40,236 bases of DNA from positions 1 to 40,236 of IMG/VR virus record IMGVR_UViG_3300037196_000123; one strand, 5' to 3'. Positions 13,904 to 23,764 of the stretch are shown here, piece by piece. A model generated the notes under the pieces. That model was not told the origin of the DNA. It searched no databases and saw nothing but the letters and a program-made list of their open reading frames with translations. This DNA is from a virus. Position 1 is the stretch's first letter, and each line of letters begins with the position of its first letter. A program made the position numbers and the translations under genes.

Positions 13904-16900
13904 TTACCAGCCGGAGAATTTGGCTTGTGCTCCTGCCCCACCTGTGCCACCAACTCCGCATCCGGTAAACGATAGACATGACCCTCCAGCACCGCCGCTG
14001 TTGGTCAGCGTAAGGCTGTAGGTCTCTGCCGCCTGACTGGACAGCACGATGGGGCCACCACCACCACCGCCACCGGCTCCTACGTTGTTAGCAGTCGAGT
14101 TTCCGCCAGCTTGACCTGACATATTGATTGTCCCGGTGCCGGTGATTGAGCCACAGATGAGCGTGAATCCGCCGCCCTCATAACCACCTGCCCCACCCGA
14201 ACTACCACCGGCTCCGCCGGGTGCGCCAGTCCAGTAGTAACCCGCGCTGGCTCCAGAATTTACGATGGAATACCATGCCGGTGCGGTACTCAACAAAGAG
14301 TTACCATTGCCACCTGTGCCGCCGGAACTTGTCCCCGCCGTGCCCCCTGCGGATACTCCATAAGTGCTGCCATAAGGCAGACCCGGATAGAGTCCGTCTC
14401 CAGTTCCTGCGGTTCCTGCCGCTGTACCTCCGCCGCCACCGCCTCCAGAACCACCGCCACCAGCATATCCGCCGCCCTGTCCAGCGCTTATAGCCGTGCC
14501 GATTGTGCCATTGATGGTGCAGGCACCTGTCACGTAAACGACCGCGTAGGCGGTGCTGTAGTTGAGCGTTGCACCGCTTGATACATTGAAGGTGGTGTAG
14601 TTGTAGACCGCACCACCTTTCGTGCATGTCCCGGTTGCACAGCTATAAGCCCCGTCTGTGCCGGTGCCAAGATACTGCAACCACGCTGGGGCAACAGATG
14701 GCGTTCCGGTGCTCGCGCTACACCCGCTGGTTGTCAGAGTGTTGTTCGGCCCATTTGGGCACACAGGATTCGTACTTGATGACGGCGCGGCAATCTGGGT
14801 TGTTGGCAGATTCCCGTTGGCATCCTGAAGCGGAATTCCCATCCAGTTGGCTGCTGTCCCTGTTCCCGATGCCGTGGCCACCCATCCGGCGACACCGTTC
14901 GCCGTTGCGCCTGAGTTCTGCTCCATGTCTCCCTGTGACCATGCAAGCGTTGTTGGAGCCGCTGCGCTCTTTGTGGGCAACTGAATCTCAGGCCCAAGAA
15001 CAGGAGTATGGAAATTGAGAGTGGCGTTGGTGAAGGTTCCAAAGTTGCCTAAATTTGAGGTCACCACCACCGCCGTTGCGTTGGAAGCGTCTATGCCACC
15101 AATTTTACGATTGGTCGAAGTGCTGATGTCGATAAACTGTCCGTACGACAAATCCGTGGCGCTGGAGCAGATCATTACGTTCGTTCCTCCAGGGGCCGTG
15201 CAGGTTGTACCTCCTGCATTGGGCGTCCCTGTGGTTCCAGCGGTGTACACCACATCGAGGGCGTACCGCTTGCCGTTTGCTCCATTCCAGTAGGTTGGAG
15301 GGGCAAGTATCTGTCCCGCGTATAAGGTAGTGGCATTGGGTAGAGCGGCAAAGGCTGTGTCTGAATACATAAACGCCGATGCTGCCACCGCGTCTTGATA
15401 CAACTGTGAGAATTCAAAACTGCCAACGGTCTGACTGGCGTTCTGGTATGAATAAGTCAGCAGAGGGATACGAGGGTTTGCCAGAGAAGAACTGTCAGCA
15501 CGCGATAGAGCAGGGATTCCAAAGAAATGGGGAGAGGTTTGGAGTCCCATTTGAAAATTGACCAGACTGAGGCCCACTGCGGCATCGTTAGGAGGATTTA
15601 CTGCGATCAGCGGCGAATAGGCAACCGAGGCAGTGGTTCCGCCTCCGGTCATATCTATAGTTAGTTGCTGAGGAAAAGTAACCGCCACGCCGGGACACGG
15701 AATGAGATTGACCATGCCAGTTCCTGCGTTTAGACTGGCACCTCCATTTTCGAACGACCAGTTGTGGAAACTGAGAATTGTTGTAGTATTACCGCCTCCA
15801 CACCCTTCGTTATCTACGAGGATGAACCCCCCGGTTCCAGTGCTTGCGGTGAAACTTTGCCCGTTTGCTATACCGAGATTTCCACCAAAGGTGATATAAA
15901 CATCGTCAATCCCAGCGGAATCAAATCGTGAATTGTCGTCAATCATCCCGTTAATAATACCTCCGCTCATGTATATTCCGTACATGGATGGGGTTTCAAA
16001 CTCTGCGTGGAGGAATCTCGATCCGATGTCCAGGCGCGAGCCCTCAAACATCTGGATTCCGCTATGCTGAAACTGGATATTCTTGATCAACTGCTCTGAC
16101 CGGGCATAAGAATTAGAAGCAAACATCACACTCGTGCTGGTCGCCGTGCAGGTATCGGTATAGGTTCCAACTGCCGGGTAATAGGGGAAGGCATCCGCAA
16201 TCGTGAAAGAACTGGATGACACCGACGTGACCTGACCAACAAGATTATTGATCTGTAAGCCCTGTGTAGACGAGCAGCCGGTGATAGATACCCAGTTGTT
16301 CAGCGCGAAGCTGTTGGTTGCGGCGAAAGTAACGGCGTAGTTATAGGGATAATTGCGTCCCCCCGATGGATTTGATGGTGCATAAGCCGCGCTCTGCACC
16401 GTGATGTTGGTCGGGTCACTCGTGGCAACTGACTCTACCTTGCCGTTCAACCCGATCGACTGCCACTTGAAATACACCACACCTGCGCTCGGATTTGTAT
16501 ACGGGTAGCTGTTGTGGATTGGTCCGCTGCCGCTCGTGCTGAAGGTGTTCAGGAAGGTATAAAGCGCGGTCGCGGTCGCCGTAGCACTGGCTCCAATGTT
16601 CACTTGATTGCCGGTAGCACCGCTAGATACAAATGTGACCACGACGCCGTTGACAGTAACCGTGTCGCCTGGGTTTGGGTTCCCGGTCAGTGTGATAGAC
16701 GCTACATTGAGCGCAACCGTAAAGCCGGTCACAGATGCTGTTGCTCCGTATGTCGGGCCTAAATAATCTACCTCCGTTGCCTCGTCGTTGCCCAATAGGT
16801 TTCCTGTCACGCCCTCAATCTGACAGGTATCATAAATGTTAATCGTGCCAGTGGTCTTGTACGTGCGGCCACCGGGGAACTCCACCACGCCCCCGTACGG

Positions 16901-17863
16901 CAGTAACCCTGTGCCGTTCGCCCAGCAGGCAGTGAATGCAGCTTGAATCGCCGCTGTATCGTCTGTCGTACCATTCCCAACAGCGCCGAACTGCGTCACA
17001 TCGTAACGTGGGCCGATAGAAGCCATGTTCTTTGCACTCAAAGTGCCAGCCGTGACGGTGCCCGTGAACGATGCGCTGGTGCCATTGAGTGCGCCGGTCA
17101 GCGTGCCGCCAGTGAGGGGAAGTTTCGTCGGGTCTGCGGCAGTTCCCGCACTAGTCGCATAGGTGGCTGTGGCCGCGTTGCCAGTGGTGTTGGCTGCGTT
17201 GTTTGGTATGTCGCCGGAAAGCAGTGTGGGCAACTGCGCGTGAGGCAATGTGCCAGTGGTCAAGTCTGAAGCGGAAACTGTGACGTTGCTGCTTAATGCG
17301 TGGCCGTTAACCGTTGTTGCGGTTGAGACCGCGCCAAGGTTCACCAGCGCCCCGGCTGCCGTGGTTGCACCTGTGCCGCCCGACGCCGGAAGCAATGGCG
17401 ATCCAAGCGTCTCACTGCCCGCCGCCACGGTGCCCGATGCTGTCACGTCGGTAAACGCCCCTGTGCTTGGCGTTGTTGTGCCGATAGGACCGGGGACAGC
17501 GGGATTGAATTCCGGACCTCCTATGCTCACATTCTGGTCAGGGTAACATTGAGTTCCGGTGTAGTTGGAGACGTAGCAAACGGTGTAAACTCCGGGTGTT
17601 AGATACGCCGTACACATGCCCAACCCATTGGTGGGCACTGGGTTGTTCACCAGAGTTCCTGTGGAACTGCTATAGATGGTCGCGAGAGGAGTCAGAGACT
17701 GTGTATTCGCCGGTTGTGTCAGAAAGTAGACATTTGCCCCTGCCACTGCTTGTCCCATAGCTGTCTGTAGGGAGCAAGTCTGGTACAGCCCATACTGAGC
17801 AATCGCGGGAATGCCTGTGGCTAGGGTAACAAGAGCAATGAGCGCATTACGCAATTTGAACAT
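13904..17863 (-). CDS. tail fibre/tailspike with pectate-lyase-type depolymerase domain and glycine-rich C-terminus
   Basis: Motifs YDVTQFGAVGNGTTDDTAAIQAAF (Pectate_lyase_3 / tailspike beta-helix signature), LPASGGTGATTAAGALVNLGA and LPLTGGTLTGAL (tail-fibre motifs). C-terminal GGGYAGGGGSGGGGGGG... repeats. The N-terminus looks like a Sec signal peptide. Confidence 0.8.
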   Translation of the reverse strand: MFKLRNALIALVTLATGIPAIAQYGLYQTCSLQTAMGQAVAGANVYFLTQPANTQSLTPLATIYSSSTGTLVNNPVPTNGLGMCTAYLTPGVYTVCYVSNYTGTQCYPDQNVSIGGPEFNPAVPGPIGTTTPSTGAFTDVTASGTVAAGSETLGSPLLPASGGTGATTAAGALVNLGAVSTATTVNGHALSSNVTVSASDLTTGTLPHAQLPTLLSGDIPNNAANTTGNAATATYATSAGTAADPTKLPLTGGTLTGALNGTSASFTGTVTAGTLSAKNMASIGPRYDVTQFGAVGNGTTDDTAAIQAAFTACWANGTGLLPYGGVVEFPGGRTYKTTGTINIYDTCQIEGVTGNLLGNDEATEVDYLGPTYGATASVTGFTVALNVASITLTGNPNPGDTVTVNGVVVTFVSSGATGNQVNIGASATATATALYTFLNTFSTSGSGPIHNSYPYTNPSAGVVYFKWQSIGLNGKVESVATSDPTNITVQSAAYAPSNPSGGRNYPYNYAVTFAATNSFALNNWVSITGCSSTQGLQINNLVGQVTSVSSSSFTIADAFPYYPAVGTYTDTCTATSTSVMFASNSYARSEQLIKNIQFQHSGIQMFEGSRLDIGSRFLHAEFETPSMYGIYMSGGIINGMIDDNSRFDSAGIDDVYITFGGNLGIANGQSFTASTGTGGFILVDNEGCGGGNTTTILSFHNWSFENGGASLNAGTGMVNLIPCPGVAVTFPQQLTIDMTGGGTTASVAYSPLIAVNPPNDAAVGLSLVNFQMGLQTSPHFFGIPALSRADSSSLANPRIPLLTYSYQNASQTVGSFEFSQLYQDAVAASAFMYSDTAFAALPNATTLYAGQILAPPTYWNGANGKRYALDVVYTAGTTGTPNAGGTTCTAPGGTNVMICSSATDLSYGQFIDISTSTNRKIGGIDASNATAVVVTSNLGNFGTFTNATLNFHTPVLGPEIQLPTKSAAAPTTLAWSQGDMEQNSGATANGVAGWVATASGTGTAANWMGIPLQDANGNLPTTQIAAPSSSTNPVCPNGPNNTLTTSGCSASTGTPSVAPAWLQYLGTGTDGAYSCATGTCTKGGAVYNYTTFNVSSGATLNYSTAYAVVYVTGACTINGTIGTAISAGQGGGYAGGGGSGGGGGGGTAAGTAGTGDGLYPGLPYGSTYGVSAGGTAGTSSGGTGGNGNSLLSTAPAWYSIVNSGASAGYYWTGAPGGAGGSSGGAGGYEGGGFTLICGSITGTGTINMSGQAGGNSTANNVGAGGGGGGGPIVLSSQAAETYSLTLTNSGGAGGSCLSFTGCGVGGTGGAGAQAKFSGW

Positions 17864-17900
17864 TTACCAATCTCCTCTTTTCCCATCCTCGTAAACACGC

Positions 17901-17929
17901 AATTTAGCCGATCTCAAAAACGCGGTCAA
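17901..17929 (-). promoter_or_regulatory. sigma70-like promoter candidate upstream of the tail-fibre gene (TTGACC-17-TAAATT)
   Basis: Read on the minus strand as TTGACC gcgtttttgagatcggc TAAATT. It lies about 35 nt upstream of the ATG at 17863. Confidence 0.3.
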
Positions 17930-18714
17930 GCAAAAATTGTGCAAACCAATCCGGTAGTGCCATCCCCTCCCGTCATACTCAGCACCTTGGCACGAACAAA
18001 CTTTGCCATCAGGAACGAATATTCTGCTCCGTTTTGAGTGACAGCCGATCCGGCGATTGTAGCCAGTGCGTCGCTTGAAACCACAACTCCGGTGGTACTG
18101 CATCCGTAGTTGTTGGCAGCGACATAGTACCGACCATCCCGATTAACATTGGCGACTTCCAAGACAACGGTCGCAGCAGAGGGCATCGTTCCAGACCAAG
18201 TGGCTTCTGCAAAAAGGCAACGGCTGTTGTCATCCTCATCGGGGGTGAAAGCAAGTGCCACTGGATATGAGGCAGATCCCGATACCACGAGGTCCGGGTA
18301 CTCGTAGGGTAGCACCTGGATTTCACCGATGTCTGCTGTGGTAGCCTGAGTTCCGGAAGGGCCAGCAAAAGTGAGAGTACCAACTCCCTGGGCATTCAGA
18401 CTCACACCAGTCACAGTGACCGGGTCAAGGTTCAGAGCGCCACCGTCAGTCTTAGTTCCGCGAACTCCCATGGTGGCGCCAACCACCGGCATGGGGTTGT
18501 TTCCGAGAGCTCCTACAGTGCCTCCTTGACCACCTCCCCCGTCAACCAGAGCGACTGTAGCAGTCACCACGTTGCCGGCCAAAGCCATGTGATTGACGGC
18601 AAACCGGAATGGAATGGTGTGAGAGTCGAAGCTACCAAACAGATACTGTGGAAGCAATCCGGTGGATAGGCGAATTACAGGATTCGGGAATGCGGTGGAA
18701 GTGTATAGTGCCAT
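17926..18714 (-). CDS. virion structural protein (beta-rich)
   Basis: The start at 18714 is preceded by AGGAG. 262 aa, rich in Gly/Thr/Val. It lies between the internal-core-like genes and the tail-fibre gene. Confidence 0.55.
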   Translation of the reverse strand: MALYTSTAFPNPVIRLSTGLLPQYLFGSFDSHTIPFRFAVNHMALAGNVVTATVALVDGGGGQGGTVGALGNNPMPVVGATMGVRGTKTDGGALNLDPVTVTGVSLNAQGVGTLTFAGPSGTQATTADIGEIQVLPYEYPDLVVSGSASYPVALAFTPDEDDNSRCLFAEATWSGTMPSAATVVLEVANVNRDGRYYVAANNYGCSTTGVVVSSDALATIAGSAVTQNGAEYSFLMAKFVRAKVLSMTGGDGTTGLVCTIFA

Positions 18715-18858
18715 CTTGGTTCTCCTGTCGAGTTCATGATAACTTGTTACAATTACCCGTTTTGCTTGCTTCACCCGTAGAGTAAAGAGTGAGGTGTGAA
18801 ATGTGGTTCATCGTAGGACTCTTCGTAGCATGGTGCATCAAATACTGCTGGGAATAGC

Positions 18859-21264
18859 TTACTCCTTCTCAGGATCAGTCACAATCTTCTTGACACCTGG
18901 AGGTATCTCATCCGGATGTGCCAGATACCTCGCAGCTAGGCCTCTAGTATTCCGATGTCTCTCAGTTTCGTTAAAGAGATCCTGGAGAGGTGGCGGAACG
19001 TCTTTATACTTTGCTAGGTATTTGGCGACGGTGTCCTGAAAACTGTGATTGTTCTCAATTGAAGTTTCTTGATCTTCCGATGGCAGCTGTGGTTTGACTC
19101 TTGGTTCATCGGGTATATATGAACCAGGATCGGGATTGTCAATTCCGTGTTTATCAAGCAATCTGGAAACAATAGGATTGATTTCACCATATGTTCTAGA
19201 TTTTCCACCACTTGGTGCCACAATATCCCTGAGATCTGATTTGTGTGCTTCTTCAGCATTGAACAAAGGAGTATCAGGAATAGAGGGCACTCCCTCTATG
19301 TTGGTCGGTGGCGCAACATAAGATCCTCCTCTGCTTGTCGAGAACCCAGGCTTGTTTGTCCGTTCTTTATCCGCCCATGGCGTGTCGAAAGAAGTATCGT
19401 TGGGGACACCAAGGGGACCGTCATTCTTCTTACCCCGGCCAAAGGGTCCCCATCCCCCGCTTTCATCCATAACCCCAGAAGGCATATCGGGAAGTCTGAG
19501 CGAAGGAACCAAGTTGTGAAGAGATGGAAACTCCGAACCTAAGGCTTTACCTCCATAGTAAAGACCGGAAGCCAGACCAGATTTAACCGGAGTTGACTCT
19601 AATGCTATTCCTAGACCTGCTCCACTTAGGGCTTCCAAAGGACTATGTGACATAATTCCTGGAGTTAACCCTGCTCCCATTTCGAATGCTCTCCTAAGAC
19701 CTATACCCCAAGTTGGTCCAGTATTGGCTCTGCTTCGAGCAGCCTCAGCAAATGGAGTTAGGTTTTTGTACACAGAATTCAGTGGACGAAGAGAAGGAAT
19801 CTCATCAGCAATAGCTCCTCCTAATCCTCCTGTAATCTGTTGACCAACTTGTTTCAAACCAATTTGGGTGGGATCAGTCCATGAAATGTTACTGGCCACA
19901 TTATGCTTAATATCCTGCACATCTCTAGGATCGTATGGAAGTCCGAAATCTCTCCCCCCTTCTTCATGGCCCTGAAAATTGTCATTTAGAAAATCTTTGA
20001 GTCCTGTCATCCGTTCATCAAGAGCAGAAGATCCTGGACCATAAGGTCCATTTAGGACATCATGAGCCTTGTTGTATGGTCCTAGGATAGCATCAGCCAC
20101 TTTTCTGTAGGGAATAGGGCGATAATCCGACCCTGGTGGATTATCTGCGGGATCCCAATCTTCAGGAATCACTCCCTCAGGTGGCAACCAGGAAGCATTG
20201 TTAACTTTCTCCCCAATCTTTCTTCCAGCAACATCTCTCCCAGCTTCTGCCTTATCGGCTAGACCTGATTCAGTCGAGATAGCACGAAACGGACGCTGCC
20301 ACCATGGATAGTTTTGATCTATATGCTGAAAGTATCCAAGTGCTGGATTTTCTCCCATGGTATTGACATCAATCGGGTTACCTTTGGCATCCGTAGCTCC
20401 AAACTTTGCTGGTTTATCTCCAAAGGCTTTCTTACCGATACCAACTGCTCTATTAAGGGTTCCGACACCTCTATTCATCAGGAAATTAGAAGGACCTTCA
20501 CTGATCGCTTTTCCAAATGGAGTGTCGAATGCTGCATCAGTGGTTTCACCCATCAGCATGGGAGCCACACTAGCAGCGTTGCCCAAAACTGTGCCGAGGA
20601 CACCCGGATTCGTGAGGGTCTTGGCTACGGCATCTCTGAACCCATAAGAAGGAGATCTCTGGTCTACACCAGTCTGGATACCAGCACCAATAAACGGAAG
20701 AGCGTAAGCTGCATGTTCCCCAAACTTTGAGAAGTTGTTCTCATTCAGACCTCTACCAGCCTGAGCCAATTCAGATAGGCTTCTCTCTCCTCCATGCCAG
20801 AGACCTTCTCCAATCTGACCTGCAGGTCCAGCAAGATCACGGAGAACATCCTGGACCGGATGTTCCTGTAGATCTCGCACCTTCTCCAAACCTGCCCGAT
20901 CATGATGCCACAAATCTCCAAGACCAAGTGGCTTCGCGACAGACTCAAAAAATCCAGGTTTGTCATAATTGGGATTGTACTTGATCGCCTGAGCATGATC
21001 CTTGTTGTACTGAGATTCATATTCCGGCTTGTCGAAAGTAAGACCATTTTCCTGAGCAGTGTTGACCTGACCAAAAGGAACCCAGTTCAGAGTTCCCTGG
21101 TCATCTCTCATTCCATAGACGCCTTCCTTACCCGGATTAGGCAGGTGAATGTCTGCGTTCAGAGGAGTAGACGTCATGGTCTTCGGATCGAATTTAGGCA
21201 AGTCTTGATCCAATGGCGTAGACGTCATGGTCTTCGGATCGAATTTTGGGAGCTGATCAGCCAT
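18859..21264 (-). CDS. internal virion/ejection-like protein (801 aa)
   Basis: Large ORF in a series of three (214, 616 and 801 aa), as in podovirus core proteins. TAATG coupling to the upstream gene. The N-terminus carries a tandem duplication of LPKFDPKTMTSTPL. Confidence 0.5.
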   Translation of the reverse strand: MADQLPKFDPKTMTSTPLDQDLPKFDPKTMTSTPLNADIHLPNPGKEGVYGMRDDQGTLNWVPFGQVNTAQENGLTFDKPEYESQYNKDHAQAIKYNPNYDKPGFFESVAKPLGLGDLWHHDRAGLEKVRDLQEHPVQDVLRDLAGPAGQIGEGLWHGGERSLSELAQAGRGLNENNFSKFGEHAAYALPFIGAGIQTGVDQRSPSYGFRDAVAKTLTNPGVLGTVLGNAASVAPMLMGETTDAAFDTPFGKAISEGPSNFLMNRGVGTLNRAVGIGKKAFGDKPAKFGATDAKGNPIDVNTMGENPALGYFQHIDQNYPWWQRPFRAISTESGLADKAEAGRDVAGRKIGEKVNNASWLPPEGVIPEDWDPADNPPGSDYRPIPYRKVADAILGPYNKAHDVLNGPYGPGSSALDERMTGLKDFLNDNFQGHEEGGRDFGLPYDPRDVQDIKHNVASNISWTDPTQIGLKQVGQQITGGLGGAIADEIPSLRPLNSVYKNLTPFAEAARSRANTGPTWGIGLRRAFEMGAGLTPGIMSHSPLEALSGAGLGIALESTPVKSGLASGLYYGGKALGSEFPSLHNLVPSLRLPDMPSGVMDESGGWGPFGRGKKNDGPLGVPNDTSFDTPWADKERTNKPGFSTSRGGSYVAPPTNIEGVPSIPDTPLFNAEEAHKSDLRDIVAPSGGKSRTYGEINPIVSRLLDKHGIDNPDPGSYIPDEPRVKPQLPSEDQETSIENNHSFQDTVAKYLAKYKDVPPPLQDLFNETERHRNTRGLAARYLAHPDEIPPGVKKIVTDPEKE

Positions 21265-23114
21265 TACTTCTTCTCCCCAAGATTGTTACCCTGAGCATCG
21301 TGGTAGTAGGTCTTACCACCAGTTGAGAATGTACCAGTTGCACCCTTGGGAACTTCAACTGGAGTGGCTTTGGCAGGAGCACTGGACGCGCCAGCTGGCT
21401 TGCCCTTCATTCCCGAATCAATCTGGTATTGCAACTCACGAGCCTTGTCTCCTGTTGCCCGTTCCCACGTCCCCAGGACTCCCTTCAACTGTTCGGGAGA
21501 TTCCGCCTGACTGATTTCATTTCTGATGGTCTGCTGTTCATCCACTGTAGCTCCATTGCTAGCAGCGATGTTGGCAATTTCACCTGACATGATTACACGC
21601 AAGGCACCAAAATCAGTTGGAGCATGGCCACCAGACCATCTAGATATACGGTTTCCGATTTCGTTGGCAGTCTGGATATCACCGTTCTGTAGAGCCTCTG
21701 CAAGACCACCCATTTCTGCCATGTGATCGTTAGCAGTACGAAAGGCTGTGAGCTTCTTGCCGATATCTCCAGAGGTGGCACTACGCAGCACAGACGCAGC
21801 TGCCCGATATCCCATTCCTGCAGTTCCTTCTTGACCCATTGCATCCAAGCGACTAACATATACCGTCTTGTTTGGGTCATTCGGATCCACAACCTGCACG
21901 GGACTGAATCTAGCCAGAGCCTGCATGCGAGCAACACCAGGCTGAGTTTTGGTCTGATCAACCCATTGACCATATCCCTTGAGATAAGCCTGATCATCAG
22001 GAGATAGAGGTTTACCTGCATCTGCCTGTGCCATGAGACGAATAGCCTTGTCGTCACGCTGCTCGGGCTTCAAAGTTGCGTTCTTGTTCCGCAAAGCTTG
22101 GAGATCTAGATGATTCTGGTTGTTGGCAGCATCAATGGATTCACGAGATTTGTTGGCATCCGTTTTCCCAGCACTGGTCATCACTTGCCCTGAATTGACT
22201 GGCATTCCTTCCCATTCAGGGTGACCAGCTCCAACCGCTTCATCGTGAGTCATTGGACGAGTTGCAGCAGCGTCACTACGAGCTCCGTAGTAACTAGCCT
22301 GTGCTGCCTCCAAGTTTCTCTTGGAGGAATTGTCCCTTTCTTGCTCATCCTGACGATAGTCATCAGACAGCTGACTGGACATTTCCTTTCGCTGGGCAGC
22401 AATCTGAGGATGAGCCTTCTGCCAAGTTCCTGTGGTTCCGATCGCGTCGCTCAGTTTGCCCCAGAATCCCTCCTTCTTGTTTGGATCGATATATCCACCA
22501 AAGGGACCTGTGTGACCTTCCAGTATTCTGTTAACCTTGTCCTGAAGTTTCTGTTCTTCCTGCTGACGAGGACTGGTAACATTAGGTACGAGAGACTTGA
22601 GACCTGTGTCTGGAAGAGCCGGAAGATCACCAAGACCTCCAAGTGGTGGCATTCTGTCATCTGGAGGAGCGCCCATCGGTGAAGGCATGAGACTCTTCAG
22701 CATGGGAGGTTGAGTTCCCATGGTCCGCTGCAGATCTGCAGGATTAGGAATCACTGTGGTTGGAACCTGTGGAACGATAATCTCAGGACCATTTTCTCCC
22801 ACCAGGGCTGGAAGTCCGGGAGTAGGATCTCCACCTTCTGCGAAGGCCCCCAGCGAATTAATCTTGGCAATGTCAGCATCTGAGGAGTGACCTCCTCCGA
22901 ATAGGCTCTTCAGATTAGAAATGGCTTGGCCAGTTGGTCCTCCACTGTCAACTTTCCCATGAGCCAGGTCCTTGAGTCCACCAATAGCATTGCCAGTTGG
23001 TCCACCAGAAGGTGAGGCGGAGATTGGAGATTGGCTACTGTCAAATTGAGCCTGGTAACCAGTGCCTGTCCAGTCCCTCATGAGATCCGGATGTATTTGA
23101 TCTGCTGTATACAT
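21264..23114 (-). CDS. internal virion/ejection-like protein (616 aa)
   Basis: GGAGG SD. Contains the LVGENGPEIIVP motif (the GE.GPE motif common in tape-measure/ejection proteins). Long helical Gln/Ala-rich region. Confidence 0.5.
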   Translation of the reverse strand: MYTADQIHPDLMRDWTGTGYQAQFDSSQSPISASPSGGPTGNAIGGLKDLAHGKVDSGGPTGQAISNLKSLFGGGHSSDADIAKINSLGAFAEGGDPTPGLPALVGENGPEIIVPQVPTTVIPNPADLQRTMGTQPPMLKSLMPSPMGAPPDDRMPPLGGLGDLPALPDTGLKSLVPNVTSPRQQEEQKLQDKVNRILEGHTGPFGGYIDPNKKEGFWGKLSDAIGTTGTWQKAHPQIAAQRKEMSSQLSDDYRQDEQERDNSSKRNLEAAQASYYGARSDAAATRPMTHDEAVGAGHPEWEGMPVNSGQVMTSAGKTDANKSRESIDAANNQNHLDLQALRNKNATLKPEQRDDKAIRLMAQADAGKPLSPDDQAYLKGYGQWVDQTKTQPGVARMQALARFSPVQVVDPNDPNKTVYVSRLDAMGQEGTAGMGYRAAASVLRSATSGDIGKKLTAFRTANDHMAEMGGLAEALQNGDIQTANEIGNRISRWSGGHAPTDFGALRVIMSGEIANIAASNGATVDEQQTIRNEISQAESPEQLKGVLGTWERATGDKARELQYQIDSGMKGKPAGASSAPAKATPVEVPKGATGTFSTGGKTYYHDAQGNNLGEKK

Positions 23115-23119
23115 TAGGA

Positions 23120-23764
23120 TTATCCTCCGCCAGGAATCAGGGACATAAGGTCAGTAGCATCGTTGACGCCTCTCGGGATAGCCTGCATCCAACCGTCCTG
23201 TGTAGCTGCCATGCGAGCCTTGATATCGTTGGCAATCTGTCCGGACTGCTCGGACTGAGCCTTAACATTGGTTCCGTAGAGACCACCCAGAGTTCCTGCT
23301 GCATCCTTGGATTGGTTCAGTTTGACTTCAGCATTGTTGGCAGCCACACGCTCACCAGCACCGGCTGCAGCTTTATCTTTCTGACGAGCAGCGGCATCAA
23401 GAGCAGCGGAGAAACCCATAGGATTCCGAGTGACTGCTCCATTCTTGTCAGCAGCACCAGTAAGTCCAGCAGTAGCTCCTCCGGCACCGGCTCGAGCAGC
23501 GGTCAACTGAGCAGCCACATCTCTCTGGGATTCTCCCTGAGGATTGATCATCTGGCGTGTCTCAAACGGAATGAGATTCGCTCCGATGCCTGCAGCTGTA
23601 GCTCCGTACTGGGCGGCATTAGTCGAGGCAGCAACACTGGCAGCATTTGCCTGATCCTCAGCTGCCCTGATGGCTAGTGCCAGTGGACCAGTGTACTCAT
23701 AGGAATCACGGAGAATTTCTTCTCCGGTTTCCATGTCTATGACGACTCGGGTGTTGATTCGCAT
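23120..23764 (-). CDS. internal virion protein-like (214 aa, Ala/Gly-rich)
   Basis: Call rests on composition and position only. Confidence 0.45.
   Translation of the reverse strand: MRINTRVVIDMETGEEILRDSYEYTGPLALAIRAAEDQANAASVAASTNAAQYGATAAGIGANLIPFETRQMINPQGESQRDVAAQLTAARAGAGGATAGLTGAADKNGAVTRNPMGFSAALDAAARQKDKAAAGAGERVAANNAEVKLNQSKDAAGTLGGLYGTNVKAQSEQSGQIANDIKARMAATQDGWMQAIPRGVNDATDLMSLIPGGG

Noticed and set aside
13768-13992. 74-aa ORF overlapping the end of the tail-fibre gene
   Set aside because: It overlaps the fibre C-terminus out of frame, has a Cys/Arg-rich composition, and its only SD-like GGAG is too far from the internal ATG.
14221-15042. Several Arg/Trp/His-rich ORFs on both strands inside the tail-fibre gene
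   Set aside because: They are alternative frames of the GC-rich glycine-repeat region, and their composition is not protein-like.
13904-17863. Diversity-generating retroelement or template/variable repeat in the tail fibre
   Set aside because: No reverse transcriptase gene is present in the genome, and I saw no near-identical template repeat of the fibre C-terminus elsewhere in the window.
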